A stretch of DNA of 35,480 bases, from contig JANLWX010000126.1 in assembly GCA_031364845.1 (NCBI GenBank), positions 1 to 35,480 of the forward strand, given 5' to 3'. Source of the DNA: Candidatus Eiseniibacteriota bacterium. GTDB taxonomy: Bacteria > Eisenbacteria > RBG-16-71-46. Below the pieces are notes generated by a model. That model was not told the DNA's origin, searched no databases, and saw nothing but the letters and a program-made list of their open reading frames with translations. Position numbers and translations under genes: made by a program. Below, piece after piece: positions 9,209 to 19,479 of the stretch. Each line of letters starts with the position of its first letter. Within the stretch, counting starts at the first letter, position 1.

Positions 9209-11659
9209 ATGAGCACTCATTTGGATACACCACCTGCGGAGCATGCTTCTGCGCCACGCGATCCTGTCTGCGGCATGAGCGTCAAGCCGACGAGCCCACA
9301 CCACACGACCTACCACGGTCACGACTATTTCTTCTGCAGTGCGGGATGTCTCAAGCGTTTCACTGAAGACCCCGAACGGTATCTGTCGCCGCCTGCCACA
9401 CCGGTCCCGGCAGTCCCGGCAGGGACGGCCTGGATCTGCCCGATGGATCCCGAGGTACGCTCCGACAAGGCCGGGAGTTGCCCAAAGTGCGGCATGGCGC
9501 TCGAGCCCGAGATGGTCGTGGTCACGACAAAGACCGAGTGGACGTGCCCGATGCATCCGGAAGTCATTCGGGATGCGCCGGGTTCGTGTCCCATTTGCGG
9601 CATGGCGCTCGAGCGCCGCATCGTAACGCTCGAAGAGACGGAGAATCCCGAGTACGCCGACATGAGCCGGCGATTCAAGATCTCGGTCATCCTGACGGCA
9701 CCACTCCTCGCGCTGATGATCGGTGCACTGCTCCCGGGACAACTACTTCATCAACTGATCGCGCCCGCGCTCATGGGCTGGATCGAATTGGCGCTCGCAA
9801 CGCCGGTCGTCATGTGGGGCGGATGGCCGTTCTTCGTGCGCGGTTGGCAATCCGTCGTCAACCGCAGCCCGAACATGTTCACCCTGATCGCGCTCGGAGT
9901 CGGGGTCGCCTTCCTCTACAGCCTGGTCGCCGTTCTATCACCGGGCGTCTTTCCGGCGTCGTTTCGTGACATGAGCGGCAGAGTCGGAACTTACTTCGAG
10001 GCGGCGGCGGTGATCGTGACGCTCGTCCTGCTCGGCCAGGTCTTGGAGTTGCGGGCCCGTGGTCAAACGAGCGCCGCGATCCGGTCGCTCCTGGGAATGG
10101 CACCGACGACAGCTCGCCGTCTCCGCGCGGACGGAACCGATGAAGATGTTCCGCTCGATCAGGTTCAGGTCGGCGACCGCCTCCGGGTACGTCCCGGTGA
10201 GAAGGTTCCGGTCGACGGGATCGTCACGGAGGGGCGGAGCTCGGTCGATGAGTCGCTGGTCAGCGGCGAGCCGATCCCGGTGGAGAAAGAACCCGGCAGC
10301 CGTGTGGTCGGGGCCACCCTCAACGGAACGGGCTCACTCGTGATCGAGGCCGAAAAGGTGGGAAGCGATACGTTGCTGGCCCGCATCGTTCAGATGGTGT
10401 CGCAGGCACAGCGGAGCCGCGCACCCATTCAACGCCTGGCGGATCGTGTGTCCGCGTGGTTCGTCCCGACCGTTGTGGCGATCGCCATTGTGACGTTCGT
10501 GGTCTGGGCGCTCGTGGGTCCCGAGCCGCGGATGGCGTATGCAATGGTCAACGCGGTGGCCGTCCTCATCATCGCCTGTCCGTGTGCGCTCGGACTCGCC
10601 ACACCGATGTCGATCATGGTCGCCGTCGGCAAAGGCGCCACCATGGGAGTCCTGTTTCGAAACGCCGAAGCGATCGAGACGCTTCGCAGTGTGGACACCC
10701 TCGTCTTCGACAAGACCGGGACGCTGACCGAAGGCAAACCCAGGCTCGTGGGCATCGTGACCGCGGAAGAATGGCGCGACGACGATGCGCTTCGACTGGC
10801 GGCGAGCCTCGAGCGTGGCAGCGAGCATCCGCTGGCCGGGGCGATCGTGTCGGGCGCGCATGAGCGCCGCCTTGCATTGAGCGAAGCTTCTGACTTCTCC
10901 GCAATCTCCGGCAAGGGAGTGCAGGGGAGGGTGGAGGGCAAGGCGGTGGCCCTCGGAAATGCGGCCCTTCTTTCCGAGCTCGGCATCGCCTCTCCCGCAT
11001 TGGAGCCGGAGGCGGAGCGCATGCGCCTCGACGGCCAGACCGCCATGTTCCTGGTCGTCGAGGGGCGGACCGTTGCCGTGCTCGGCGTGGCCGACCCGCT
11101 CAAACCCACGACGCACGAGGCGATTCAGCAGCTTCACGCCGAAGGACTCCGTCTCGTCATGCTCACGGGCGACAACCGGACCACAGCCGAGGCGGTCGCA
11201 CGGCAGCTCGGACTCGATGAGGTGCTCGCGGGAGTCTTGCCCGATGGCAAGGCCGAGGTGGTGCGGAAGCTGCAGACTGAAGGCCGTTCGGTGGCGATGG
11301 CGGGCGATGGAATCAACGACGCGCCGGCGCTCGCCGCAGCACAGGTCGGCATCGCAATGGGCACCGGCACCGACGTGGCGATGGAAAGCGCGGGCGTGAC
11401 ACTCGTCAAAGGCGATCTTCGAGGCATTGCGCGAGCGCGCCAGCTCAGCCGGGCTACCATGTCGAACATCCGGCAGAACCTGTTTTTCGCTTTCGTCTAC
11501 AATGCGCTCGGAGTGCCGATCGCGGCGGGCGTGCTGTATCCGTTCTTCGGCCTGCTCCTTTCGCCGGCGATCGCCGCCGCAGCAATGAGCTTCAGCTCGG
11601 TCTCGGTGATCGGAAACGCTTTGCGATTGCGGGGCGTCAGGCGCGATTCGAAGGGCTGA
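9209..11659 (+). CDS. copA: Cu(I)/Ag(I)-type P1B ATPase with YHS domain and two CPM(H/D) metal-binding modules
   Basis: GGGAGG before ATG 9209; [14 protein letters not shown] (YHS), [22 protein letters not shown] and MSFSS in the last TM helices (P1B-1 signature). Confidence 0.95.
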   Translation: MSTHLDTPPAEHASAPRDPVCGMSVKPTSPHHTTYHGHDYFFCSAGCLKRFTEDPERYLSPPATPVPAVPAGTAWICPMDPEVRSDKAGSCPKCGMALEPEMVVVTTKTEWTCPMHPEVIRDAPGSCPICGMALERRIVTLEETENPEYADMSRRFKISVILTAPLLALMIGALLPGQLLHQLIAPALMGWIELALATPVVMWGGWPFFVRGWQSVVNRSPNMFTLIALGVGVAFLYSLVAVLSPGVFPASFRDMSGRVGTYFEAAAVIVTLVLLGQVLELRARGQTSAAIRSLLGMAPTTARRLRADGTDEDVPLDQVQVGDRLRVRPGEKVPVDGIVTEGRSSVDESLVSGEPIPVEKEPGSRVVGATLNGTGSLVIEAEKVGSDTLLARIVQMVSQAQRSRAPIQRLADRVSAWFVPTVVAIAIVTFVVWALVGPEPRMAYAMVNAVAVLIIACPCALGLATPMSIMVAVGKGATMGVLFRNAEAIETLRSVDTLVFDKTGTLTEGKPRLVGIVTAEEWRDDDALRLAASLERGSEHPLAGAIVSGAHERRLALSEASDFSAISGKGVQGRVEGKAVALGNAALLSELGIASPALEPEAERMRLDGQTAMFLVVEGRTVAVLGVADPLKPTTHEAIQQLHAEGLRLVMLTGDNRTTAEAVARQLGLDEVLAGVLPDGKAEVVRKLQTEGRSVAMAGDGINDAPALAAAQVGIAMGTGTDVAMESAGVTLVKGDLRGIARARQLSRATMSNIRQNLFFAFVYNALGVPIAAGVLYPFFGLLLSPAIAAAAMSFSSVSVIGNALRLRGVRRDSKG

Positions 11660-11693
11660 CGCCTACCAACGCTCTCTGGGTTACATTCGACCG

Positions 11694-13970
11694 ATGCCAC
11701 TGACCCCCGGTACCCGCCTCGGCCCTTATGAGATCGTCGCGCCGCTCGGAGCGGGAGGAATGGGTGAGGTCTATCGCGCGCGCGACGCGCGGCTTGGCCG
11801 CGACGTGGCGATCAAGGCATTGCCCACGGCGTTCGCCGCCGACCCCGAGCGTCTCGCGAGGTTTCAGCGCGAGGCCCAGGTGCTCGCGTCGCTGAACCAT
11901 CCGAACATCGCGGCGATCTATGGGCTCGAAGAGGCGTCCGGCACGCCACACCTCGTGCTCGAACTGGTCGAGGGCGAAACACTCGCGGCACGCCTCACGC
12001 GCGGACCGCTGCCGCCACCCGAAGCACTGCGTCTCGGCATCCAGGTGGCCACGGCATTGGAGGCCGCGCACGAAGGTGGAGTCGTGCATCGAGACCTCAA
12101 ACCCGGCAACGTCATGATCACGCCACGCGGCGTCGCCAAGGTGCTCGACTTCGGGCTCGCGAAGAGCGATGCACCCCTGCCATCGGGAGGCGACCTGTCC
12201 GAGTCGCCGACGGCGACCGCGCATATCGGGGCCACCGTCGCCGGCACGATCCTCGGCACCGCGGCATACATGAGTCCCGAGCAGGCGCGCGGCAAGCCGG
12301 TCGACCGGCGCAGCGACGTGTGGTCGTTCGGTTGCCTTCTGTTCGAGTGTCTCGCGGGACGCCCGGCCTTCGGCGGCGAGACCGTTTCCGATCTCATCGC
12401 GCGCATCCTCGAGCGCGACCCCGACTGGTCGGCGCTGCCTGCGGGAGTTCCGCCGCGTGTGAGAGAGATCCTGCGTCGCTGTCTGCGCAAGGAAGCCGAG
12501 GCGCGCCCGCGCGACATTCGTGACGTGCGGCTCGAGCTGGAAGAGATCACCGCAGGCGGCACCAAAGCCGACGCCGCGCGTGAGAAGTCGATCGCCGTAT
12601 TGCCGTTCGAAAACCAGAGTGGTCCCGACGACGAATACTTCGCCGACGGTGTCACCGACGAGATCCTGAACGCGCTCGCTCAGGTCGAGGGTCTGCGCGT
12701 CGCCGCGCGCACCTCGTGCTTCATGTTCAAGGGCCGCCGCGAGGACCTGCGCCTGGTCGGCGAGAAGCTCGACGTGGCCACGGTGCTCGAAGGCACGGTG
12801 CGGCGCTCCGGATCGCGGCTGCGCATCACCGCGCAGATGGTCAACGCAGCCGACGGCTACCAGCTCTGGTCGGAGCGCTACGACCGCGAGATGACCGACG
12901 TGTTCGCGGTCCAGGACGAGATCGCGCTGGCGATCACGACGCGCCTGCGCGGCGCGATGAGGACCGAAGCGCTCCGGGGCCGGGCGCGAAGCGGCACCAC
13001 GAGCATCGAAGCCTTCGAGTTGCTGTTGCGTGGCCGGGCGTTCCAATCCAAGCGTGGCCGCTTCATGTCGCAGGCGATCGTCTGCTTCGAGCAGGCCATC
13101 GCGCTCGATCCTGGCTACGCGGACGCCCTCGCATCGCTCGCGAACTCGTACCGGTTGATGGGCGTCTTCTCCTACGTCCGGCCCGCCGAAGTAATGTCGA
13201 GGGCCAAGGCCCTGGCGGAGCGAGCATTGACGATCGACTCCGGACTGGCCGAAGCGTGGTCGACCCTGGCGGCGATCGAAGAACAGTACGAGCGCGCCTA
13301 CGCCAAGTCGGACTCCAGCTACGAACGTGCGCTCGCGATCGATCCGCGCCACTCCCAGGCGCGTGCCCAGCGAGCGCTGTGGCGAGCGATCCGCGGCGTG
13401 ATGCCGATCGCAACCGCGGTGGCCGAATTGCAACGCGCCGTTCAAGACGATCCGTTGAACTCGTGGGTGGTAGGCATGCACTCCTACGTCCTCGGGATTG
13501 CGGGCCGTCACGAAGAGTCGATCGTCGAGGCGGAGCGCTCGATCGGCCTCGATCCCGATTCGTTCTTCGCCCACCTCGAGGTAATGCGGAGCCACGCGTG
13601 GGCCGGCGACTACGCACGAACCATCGCGGAGGCCCGGGGGCTGCTGGGATCCTCCGGCCGGCACTCCTGGGCACTGGGCCTGCTCGCGTGGACGCATGGC
13701 AAAGCAGGCGATGTGGACAAGGCGCGCGCCTGCTACGACGAAATGGAAGCGCGTTCACGCCACGAATTCGTGGCGCCGAGTTGGCTCGCCGTCGCGGCGT
13801 CTTCTGCCGGACTGACCGCCGAGTCCATTCGCTGGGCCGAGGTCGGCGTGGCGGAACGCGATCCACTCATGCTCTGGTCCAGTCTTCCGTATTGGGACTC
13901 GATCCGGACGCATCCACGATTCGCCGACGTCATGCGAGGCGTTCTCGATGGGCCCGGCCTGCAGGCGTAG
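11694..13970 (+). CDS. Hanks-type Ser/Thr protein kinase with TolB-like and TPR domains
   Basis: GAGGMG, VAIK, HRDLKPGN, DFG, YMSPEQ, DVWSFG; SIAVLPFEN...YFADGVTDEI module; TPR-like repeats (AIALDP, ALAIDP). Confidence 0.95.
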   Translation: MPLTPGTRLGPYEIVAPLGAGGMGEVYRARDARLGRDVAIKALPTAFAADPERLARFQREAQVLASLNHPNIAAIYGLEEASGTPHLVLELVEGETLAARLTRGPLPPPEALRLGIQVATALEAAHEGGVVHRDLKPGNVMITPRGVAKVLDFGLAKSDAPLPSGGDLSESPTATAHIGATVAGTILGTAAYMSPEQARGKPVDRRSDVWSFGCLLFECLAGRPAFGGETVSDLIARILERDPDWSALPAGVPPRVREILRRCLRKEAEARPRDIRDVRLELEEITAGGTKADAAREKSIAVLPFENQSGPDDEYFADGVTDEILNALAQVEGLRVAARTSCFMFKGRREDLRLVGEKLDVATVLEGTVRRSGSRLRITAQMVNAADGYQLWSERYDREMTDVFAVQDEIALAITTRLRGAMRTEALRGRARSGTTSIEAFELLLRGRAFQSKRGRFMSQAIVCFEQAIALDPGYADALASLANSYRLMGVFSYVRPAEVMSRAKALAERALTIDSGLAEAWSTLAAIEEQYERAYAKSDSSYERALAIDPRHSQARAQRALWRAIRGVMPIATAVAELQRAVQDDPLNSWVVGMHSYVLGIAGRHEESIVEAERSIGLDPDSFFAHLEVMRSHAWAGDYARTIAEARGLLGSSGRHSWALGLLAWTHGKAGDVDKARACYDEMEARSRHEFVAPSWLAVAASSAGLTAESIRWAEVGVAERDPLMLWSSLPYWDSIRTHPRFADVMRGVLDGPGLQA

Positions 13971-14005
13971 GCCCCGAGGAAGCCGGCGCGCTGAGGAGGC
14001 TTGCC

Positions 14006-14095
14006 ATGGCCACGGCACGGACGGTTCTTCTCGTCGGGGGCACGGGAGGCCATGTACTGCAGCGGATCACACCCGCGGCATCACGCGCCGCCTGA
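14006..14095 (+). pseudogene. 5' stub of an NAD(P)-binding Rossmann-fold protein
   Basis: GAGGAGG (13993-13999) then MATARTVLLVGGTGGHVLQ..., running into the 3' end of the convergent gene; resembles the N-terminus of 27916..28674. Confidence 0.5.
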
Positions 14096-15128
14096 GGCGG
14101 TAGTGCGCGACCATCCACTCGTTCCCCGATCGGAGCCCGAACATTTCCGCGCACGCAAGGAAGAAGATCCGCCAACGTTGATACGACCGGCGGGCCTCCG
14201 CCGGTCCGCGGGCGCCTGAGAGGATGCGAAGGATCTCGGTTCGGTGGCGACGCAGGTTCGCCACCCACGCCTCGGCGGTGCGCCGGTAGTGATCGCCACT
14301 CCACGTCCACTCGGCTTCCACTTCGAGCGGAGTGTCGAGATGGCGAATGTAGTCGCGAGACGGCATCATCCCGCCCGTGAAGAAGTGACGGCCGAGCCAG
14401 TCTTCGGGACCGTCGGTGGCATAGGGATACGTCGCGAAACGATGGCAGAAGACATGCAGGAATACGCGACCGTCAGGTGCCAGGCATTGCTCGACGCGTT
14501 GCAGCAGTGCCTCCCAGTTCCGCATGTGCTCGAACATCTCCACCGAGACGACGCGGTCGAAGACATCGAACGGCTGAAAGGCATTCATGTCGAGCGTGCG
14601 GACTTCGAGGTTGCCCAGGCCGCGCCGCTCCGCTTCGGCCAGAATGTGCGCGCGCTGGGAGGCGGAGTTCGAGATCGCGACAATGCGCGCCCGGGGAAAT
14701 TGAGTCGCCATCCACAGTGAGAGCGAGCCCCAGCCGCAGCCGAGTTCCAGGATGCGCATCCCGTCGCGCAGATCGGCACGCTCGCAGGTGATGCGCAGCG
14801 AGGCCGCCTCGGCGTCGCTCAGGTCCCGCATTTCCGGAGCCCAGAAACACGCGCTGTACTTGCGGTGCGTCCCGAGTACCTGCCCGAAGAACTCACTCGG
14901 CAGCTCGTAGTGTTGTGTGTTCGCGATCTCGGGCACACGCGCGATCGGACCCCGGCGCGCTTCGTCGCGGAATGCGAGTTGGTCACGCGCGACATCCGCT
15001 TCCGAGAGGCCGGCGAGGCGTGAAGCATGCTCCGCGCATTGGCGGCGGATGGCGCGCCTCAGGACCCACTCGGGGACGAGGCCACGCTCGGCCAGCTCGA
15101 GCCCGAGAGCAGAACCGCTCACGCTCAT
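14067..15128 (-). CDS. Class I SAM-dependent methyltransferase, Cfa superfamily (coclaurine N-methyltransferase-like branch)
   Basis: ANTQHYELP, KYSAC, LELGCGWG, SVEMFEHMRN, HFFTGGMMPS, WRIFFLACAEMFG; ATG 15128 overlaps upstream stop (ATGA). Confidence 0.9.
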   Translation of the reverse strand: MSVSGSALGLELAERGLVPEWVLRRAIRRQCAEHASRLAGLSEADVARDQLAFRDEARRGPIARVPEIANTQHYELPSEFFGQVLGTHRKYSACFWAPEMRDLSDAEAASLRITCERADLRDGMRILELGCGWGSLSLWMATQFPRARIVAISNSASQRAHILAEAERRGLGNLEVRTLDMNAFQPFDVFDRVVSVEMFEHMRNWEALLQRVEQCLAPDGRVFLHVFCHRFATYPYATDGPEDWLGRHFFTGGMMPSRDYIRHLDTPLEVEAEWTWSGDHYRRTAEAWVANLRRHRTEILRILSGARGPAEARRSYQRWRIFFLACAEMFGLRSGNEWMVAHYRLRRRVMPRV

Positions 15129-15907
15129 GACGGCCTCTCCCTGGGCGGCCATGGGATGAAGGGCGATGTGATGCGCTGGTACCGGCGGTACGCTTCACCG
15201 CGGCTTTCGAGCAGACGTTGCTCGAGCAACGGGATGCCGGTGACCTTGAGCAGGAACCACAGCATCACGGCGGGCCCGAGCCAGGCCAGCCACCGGCCGT
15301 CTCCGCCGGAAGCGAGGCAAACGTAGGCGAACCAGTGGACCCATTCGAAGAAGTAGTTCGGGTGCCTCGAGTATCGCCACAGTCCCTCGTCGCACACGCG
15401 CCCCGCGGAATCGGGGCGAGCACGAAAACGTCGCAGCTGATGATCGGCCACGGCCTCCCCGGTGACGCCGACGGTCCAGATCAAGACGCCGAGCGCATCC
15501 GGCCAGCCCAGTCGCGAATGGTTCCATGCGGCCCACGCCATCGGGAGCGCAAAGAGCACGGCCCATAGCGCCTGGAGCTGGTAAAACCCGAACATGTACG
15601 TCTGGAACCGTGGACCCCACTCAACCCGCATCTTCTGATAGCGGACGTCCTCATGGCGTTCGCCCGCAACACGTCGCCAGATGTGCCCGCCCAAGCGAAC
15701 GCCCCAGACGCCCGCAAGTCCCGCGATGATCCATTGGCGCGGTCCCTCGCCGAGAACGAGCGCGAAGACGCAGCCGATCACCGCGGTGGCGAACGACCAG
15801 GCCACATCGACGATGCCCGCGTTACCGCTGCGCCGCTGCCCGTACCAGAGGATCGCCATCGCGAACGCGGTGCCGGCCCATGCGAGAAGTGCGAGCCTGA
15901 GCGTCAC
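15125..15907 (-). CDS. DUF1295 membrane protein (steroid 5-alpha-reductase/ICMT-like fold)
   Basis: NAGIVDVAWS, WGVRLGGH, EDVRY, EAVADHQL, GLWRYSRHPNYFFEW, TGIP; GTG 15907 overlaps upstream stop (GTGA). Confidence 0.9.
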   Translation of the reverse strand: MTLRLALLAWAGTAFAMAILWYGQRRSGNAGIVDVAWSFATAVIGCVFALVLGEGPRQWIIAGLAGVWGVRLGGHIWRRVAGERHEDVRYQKMRVEWGPRFQTYMFGFYQLQALWAVLFALPMAWAAWNHSRLGWPDALGVLIWTVGVTGEAVADHQLRRFRARPDSAGRVCDEGLWRYSRHPNYFFEWVHWFAYVCLASGGDGRWLAWLGPAVMLWFLLKVTGIPLLEQRLLESRGEAYRRYQRITSPFIPWPPRERPS

Positions 15908-17259
15908 GCGTTCACCTCGCTGTCGCACGGATGCGACCTGATCTTCGCGGGCTTCGGCGGTGCTGCGCGGGTTGCGGCCATCGCGTGCTCACGCTCGACC
16001 GCGAGGGTTGCCGGCTGCGCGCTCCATTGCGGCCTGGCGAGGACGATCTGCATTCCGTCCACACAGTCTTCCTCGAAGCCGGCCTCGCAGTAAGACAGGT
16101 AGTAGTTCCAGAGCCTGATGAACCGCTCGTCGAATCCAAGCGCCCGGACTTCGGCAAGCCGCTCGTTGAACGCCGCTCTCCAGCGCCGCAGCGTCTCGCC
16201 GTAGTGGCGCCCGATGCTTTCGACGTGGTCGATGCGGAGATCAGTCTGCTCGATGGCCTTCGTGATGGCGCCCAGCGAGGGCAGGCTGCCGCCGGGGAAC
16301 ACGTGCCGCTGGATGAAGTCGGCCGAGGCCAGATAGCCTGGGTAGTCGCGGTCGGGAATGGTGATCGCCTGCAGCAACATCGCTCCCTCGGGACGCAGCC
16401 GCTCCGCGCAAGCACGAACATAGACCGGCAGATTCACGTGCCCCACGGCCTCGATCATCTCGATCGACACGAGCCGGTCGAACGTTCCCGCGAGATCGCG
16501 GTAATCGGCGCCCAGCACTTCGACACGGCTCGACAACCCCGCCGCGCGAACGCGCTCGAGCGCCAGCTGCCGCTGCGCCGGGGAAATCGTGGTGGTCGTC
16601 ACGCGGCAGCCGTAGTGCGTGGCCGCGTGCACGGCGAAACTTCCCCAGCCGGTGCCGATCTCGAGCACCCGGTGACCGGGTACGAGACCCAGCTTCCTGC
16701 ACACGGTATCGAGCTTGTGGATCGACGCCTCGCGCAGAGTGCTCTCGGGCCGCGGAAACATCGCGCACGAATAGGTCATGGTCTCATCGAGGAACAATGA
16801 GTAGAACGCGTTGCCGAGATCGTAGTGGGCTTCGATGTTCCGGCGGCTCCCGCGCCGTGAGTTCGCGCGCAGTGCATGAGCGACTCGCGCGACCGGCCGG
16901 GCGAGCGCGGCGTGCGTCCAACGGCCACCCTCGTGGCGCGCCACGTTGCGCGCCAGTACGCGCAGGAGAAGGGTGAGGTCATCGGTCGTCCACTCGCCGC
17001 GCAGGTACGATTCCGCGAACCCCAGCGATCCGGCCATCGCGACGCGCGCGTAGAACCCGGAGTCGAGGACGCGAAGCGACGCGGGAGGGAGGTCCGACGC
17101 GACTCCGAGAAGCCGGGTTCCGGCGAAATCCTCGACCCACAACTGCGCACCGCGCATGCGCGCGAGGCGCTGATGAACGGCCGCGCGCGCGAGAGGAGCG
17201 ATGATGCCGGGGCCACGCCGGCGCGGGTGGATCGCGGGCTGCGAGTGCGTCACGCTCAT
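15904..17259 (-). CDS. cfa: Cyclopropane-fatty-acyl-phospholipid synthase family methyltransferase (UfaM-like)
   Basis: GSLGFAESY, NIEAHYDLGNAFY, MTYSCA, LEIGTGWG, SIEMIEAVG, FIQRHVFPGG, WNYYLSYCEAGF; ATG 17259 in ATGA overlap. Confidence 0.92.
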   Translation of the reverse strand: MSVTHSQPAIHPRRRGPGIIAPLARAAVHQRLARMRGAQLWVEDFAGTRLLGVASDLPPASLRVLDSGFYARVAMAGSLGFAESYLRGEWTTDDLTLLLRVLARNVARHEGGRWTHAALARPVARVAHALRANSRRGSRRNIEAHYDLGNAFYSLFLDETMTYSCAMFPRPESTLREASIHKLDTVCRKLGLVPGHRVLEIGTGWGSFAVHAATHYGCRVTTTTISPAQRQLALERVRAAGLSSRVEVLGADYRDLAGTFDRLVSIEMIEAVGHVNLPVYVRACAERLRPEGAMLLQAITIPDRDYPGYLASADFIQRHVFPGGSLPSLGAITKAIEQTDLRIDHVESIGRHYGETLRRWRAAFNERLAEVRALGFDERFIRLWNYYLSYCEAGFEEDCVDGMQIVLARPQWSAQPATLAVEREHAMAATRAAPPKPAKIRSHPCDSEVNA

Positions 17260-18020
17260 GCGCCGCTCGATCCCCGCAGCCGGCCCGGGTGCGGATGCAG
17301 AGGAGAGCGCTTGAGCCACAGTTTGAGTGCCTGCCAGTAGATCGCGGCAATCACCGAGGCGGTCATGAACGGGTGCTGGAGAAGTGCTGAGGCCAGGCTG
17401 CGGGTCGTGATTTCGCGGCGCGCGAGGGACATCGTGGCGTCGAAGAACGTGCGCCCGCGGGATCGGTTCTCCATGTGAACCATCAAGGCGCGGCCCGGCG
17501 GGGTGAGCCGCCAGAAGTAGTCGAGGTCCATCGGCATGAACGGAGAGACATGGAACTCCTTCGGGAACGAGAACTCGAACGCGTTCGCCGCCTGCTCGCG
17601 GCAGTCGAGGACGTAGCAATGGCGCTCGCCCCACGGTGTGTTGTGAACCTCAGCCACGATCGCCTCCAGCCGTTCGCCTTCGGGGGCAAAGCAGTAGTAG
17701 AAACTCACCGGGTTCATGCAGTAGCCCCAGTATCGCAGGTGTGTCAGCAGGCGCACCGGGCCCTCGGGACGCACCCCGATCCGCTCACAGACCAGATCGC
17801 GAACGCATTCGTCGAGCGGCAGTGCGGAATCGCCCAGGTGATCGGCGCGGCGGAACCATGCAGGTGCGGGGCGGTGCGTAGACCATAGCCATCGTCCACG
17901 AAACACGCGGTCCAGTTCGGCCAGATCCAGGTAGACGTAGAAGGCGTGATAGCGGAACGAGTTCGCCACCGGCGACAGTCGGCGGTGACGGATCGGACCA
18001 AAATAGAGCGCGCTGTTCAT
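17256..18020 (-). CDS. DUF1365 protein (UfaO-like)
   Basis: HRRLSPVANSFRY, MNPVSFYYC, EVHNTPWGERHCY, KEFHVSPFM, IYWQALKLWLK; ATG 18020 in ATGA overlap. Confidence 0.92.
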   Translation of the reverse strand: MNSALYFGPIRHRRLSPVANSFRYHAFYVYLDLAELDRVFRGRWLWSTHRPAPAWFRRADHLGDSALPLDECVRDLVCERIGVRPEGPVRLLTHLRYWGYCMNPVSFYYCFAPEGERLEAIVAEVHNTPWGERHCYVLDCREQAANAFEFSFPKEFHVSPFMPMDLDYFWRLTPPGRALMVHMENRSRGRTFFDATMSLARREITTRSLASALLQHPFMTASVIAAIYWQALKLWLKRSPLHPHPGRLRGSSGA

Positions 18021-19348
18021 GTCGGCGTGGCCACGAGATTTGCCGGGCGTGATGCGTGGTCTGACGCGCGCGCCCCGATGCTCGCCGGGTCCGCCGCGAT
18101 CCTCGCCGGTTGCGACGCGATGCCCGCAGCGACCTCGAGGGCACTGCGCACACCGTCCTCGTGAAACCCGTTCCCGAAGTAGGCGCCGCAGAACCACACG
18201 CGGTGCGTGCCCTGGATGCGGGCACGCTGGCCGCGCAGACGCACCCAGTCCAGGCTGTACTGCGGATGCGAATAGGTGAACCGCCGGATCACGCGTGACG
18301 GAGAGACTGCCTCCGTCTCGTTGAGGGTGACGAGGAACCGCGTCGAGGAGACAAACCCCTGCAGGCGGTTCAGGTCGTAGGTGAGCGTGGCGAGGTCGCG
18401 GCGTTGATGAACGTGGTAGTTCCAGCTCGCCCACGCTTTGAGGCTGCGGGGCAGCAACGAAGTGTCCGTGTGCAGCACGACGTCGTTGTCCTGGTAGCGC
18501 ACCGCACCGAGGATCTCGCGCTCGGCGGCGGTCGGATCCTCGAGCAGCGCGAGCGCGTCGTCGCCATGACAGGCGAGGACCACTTCGTCGTAGTCGGCCT
18601 CGCCGGAGGTCGTCATCACGCGCACGCCGCCGCCGGTACGTCGCACCGATCGTACCCGGTCACCTCTTCGGATCCGGTCGCGAAAGGGTGCCGAGAGCCG
18701 CTCCACATATCGAGCCGAGCCGTCGACGACGGTACGCCACTCGACGCGGCGGCGAAGGTTCAACTCGAGCAGATCGTGGCGATCGAGGAACTCCACCACG
18801 AAGCGCGCCGGATAATTGCGAAAGGCGCTGCCGGGCGCGGACCACAGCGACGACCCGAGCGGCAGAAGGTGCCAGGCCACGAACTCCTCGCTATAACCAC
18901 CGGCGGCGACCAGGTCTTCCACCGTGGCATCCTCTGACAGGCCGGCCACGGTTGCGCGCGCCTCGCGGTAGAAGCGGACGACATCGCGGAGCATGCGCCA
19001 GAAGCCGGGCCGGACCGCGTTGCCCGGCTGGCAGAAGATCGAGCCGAGTCCCGATCCGCTGTACTCGACCCCGGTGCGGGAGCAGCGGACACTGAAGCTC
19101 ATGCAGCTGGGCTTGGACGCCACACCGAGGTCGTCCAGAAGCGCGTTGAAGTGCGGATAGTCGCGCCGGCTGAAGATCAGAAAGCCGGTGTCGAGCGCCC
19201 GCGTCGCGCCCGCGTCGTCCACGATCACCGTGTGTGCGTGGCCACCGAGGCGCCGTTCGGCTTCGAACAACGTGACTTCGTGGTCGGAATTCAATGCTCG
19301 GGCGGCCGTGAGTCCGGAAACGCCCGCGCCGACGATCGCGATCTTCAC
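18017..19348 (-). CDS. FAD-dependent oxidoreductase (amine oxidase-like, UfaD-like)
   Basis: KIAIVGAGVSGL, EAERRLGGHAHT, DTGFLIF, MSFSV, VVLHTD, WASWNY, YSHP, GAYFGNGFHEDG; start likely GTG 19348. Confidence 0.92.
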   Translation of the reverse strand: MKIAIVGAGVSGLTAARALNSDHEVTLFEAERRLGGHAHTVIVDDAGATRALDTGFLIFSRRDYPHFNALLDDLGVASKPSCMSFSVRCSRTGVEYSGSGLGSIFCQPGNAVRPGFWRMLRDVVRFYREARATVAGLSEDATVEDLVAAGGYSEEFVAWHLLPLGSSLWSAPGSAFRNYPARFVVEFLDRHDLLELNLRRRVEWRTVVDGSARYVERLSAPFRDRIRRGDRVRSVRRTGGGVRVMTTSGEADYDEVVLACHGDDALALLEDPTAAEREILGAVRYQDNDVVLHTDTSLLPRSLKAWASWNYHVHQRRDLATLTYDLNRLQGFVSSTRFLVTLNETEAVSPSRVIRRFTYSHPQYSLDWVRLRGQRARIQGTHRVWFCGAYFGNGFHEDGVRSALEVAAGIASQPARIAADPASIGARASDHASRPANLVATPT

Positions 19349-19445
19349 GACCTGCGGCCCCGCCGCGGAATCCTGTCGGATACGGGCTTCAACTCGGTTC
19401 TGCCTGCGGCGGCGTTCGTCCGGGTCATACGGGCCTCTCGAGTGT

Positions 19446-19473
19446 GGAACGCGGCGCCGAAGCACCGCGCCCC
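19446..19473 (-). terminator. 12-bp stem with C(UUCG)G tetraloop just after the gpx stop (no U-tract)
   Basis: Minus strand GGGGCGCGGTGC-TTCG-GCGCCGCGTTCC. Confidence 0.45.
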
Positions 19474-19479
19474 CGGGTT

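Noticed and set aside
9431..9615. Tandem CPM(D/H)P...CPxCGMALE duplication in the ATPase
   Set aside because: Real, but a common N-terminal feature of YHS-type copper ATPases.
11637..13697. 686-aa antisense ORF and other long shadow ORFs (e.g. 12716-14095, 29038-30384, 7702-8823)
   Set aside because: They overlap genes with clear motifs and carry no recognisable domains; expected in high-GC coding DNA.
11694..13970. Kinase as regulator of the copper cluster
   Set aside because: This kinase-TolB-TPR type is often multi-copy in such genomes and appears to have its own -10 element; adjacency alone is insufficient.
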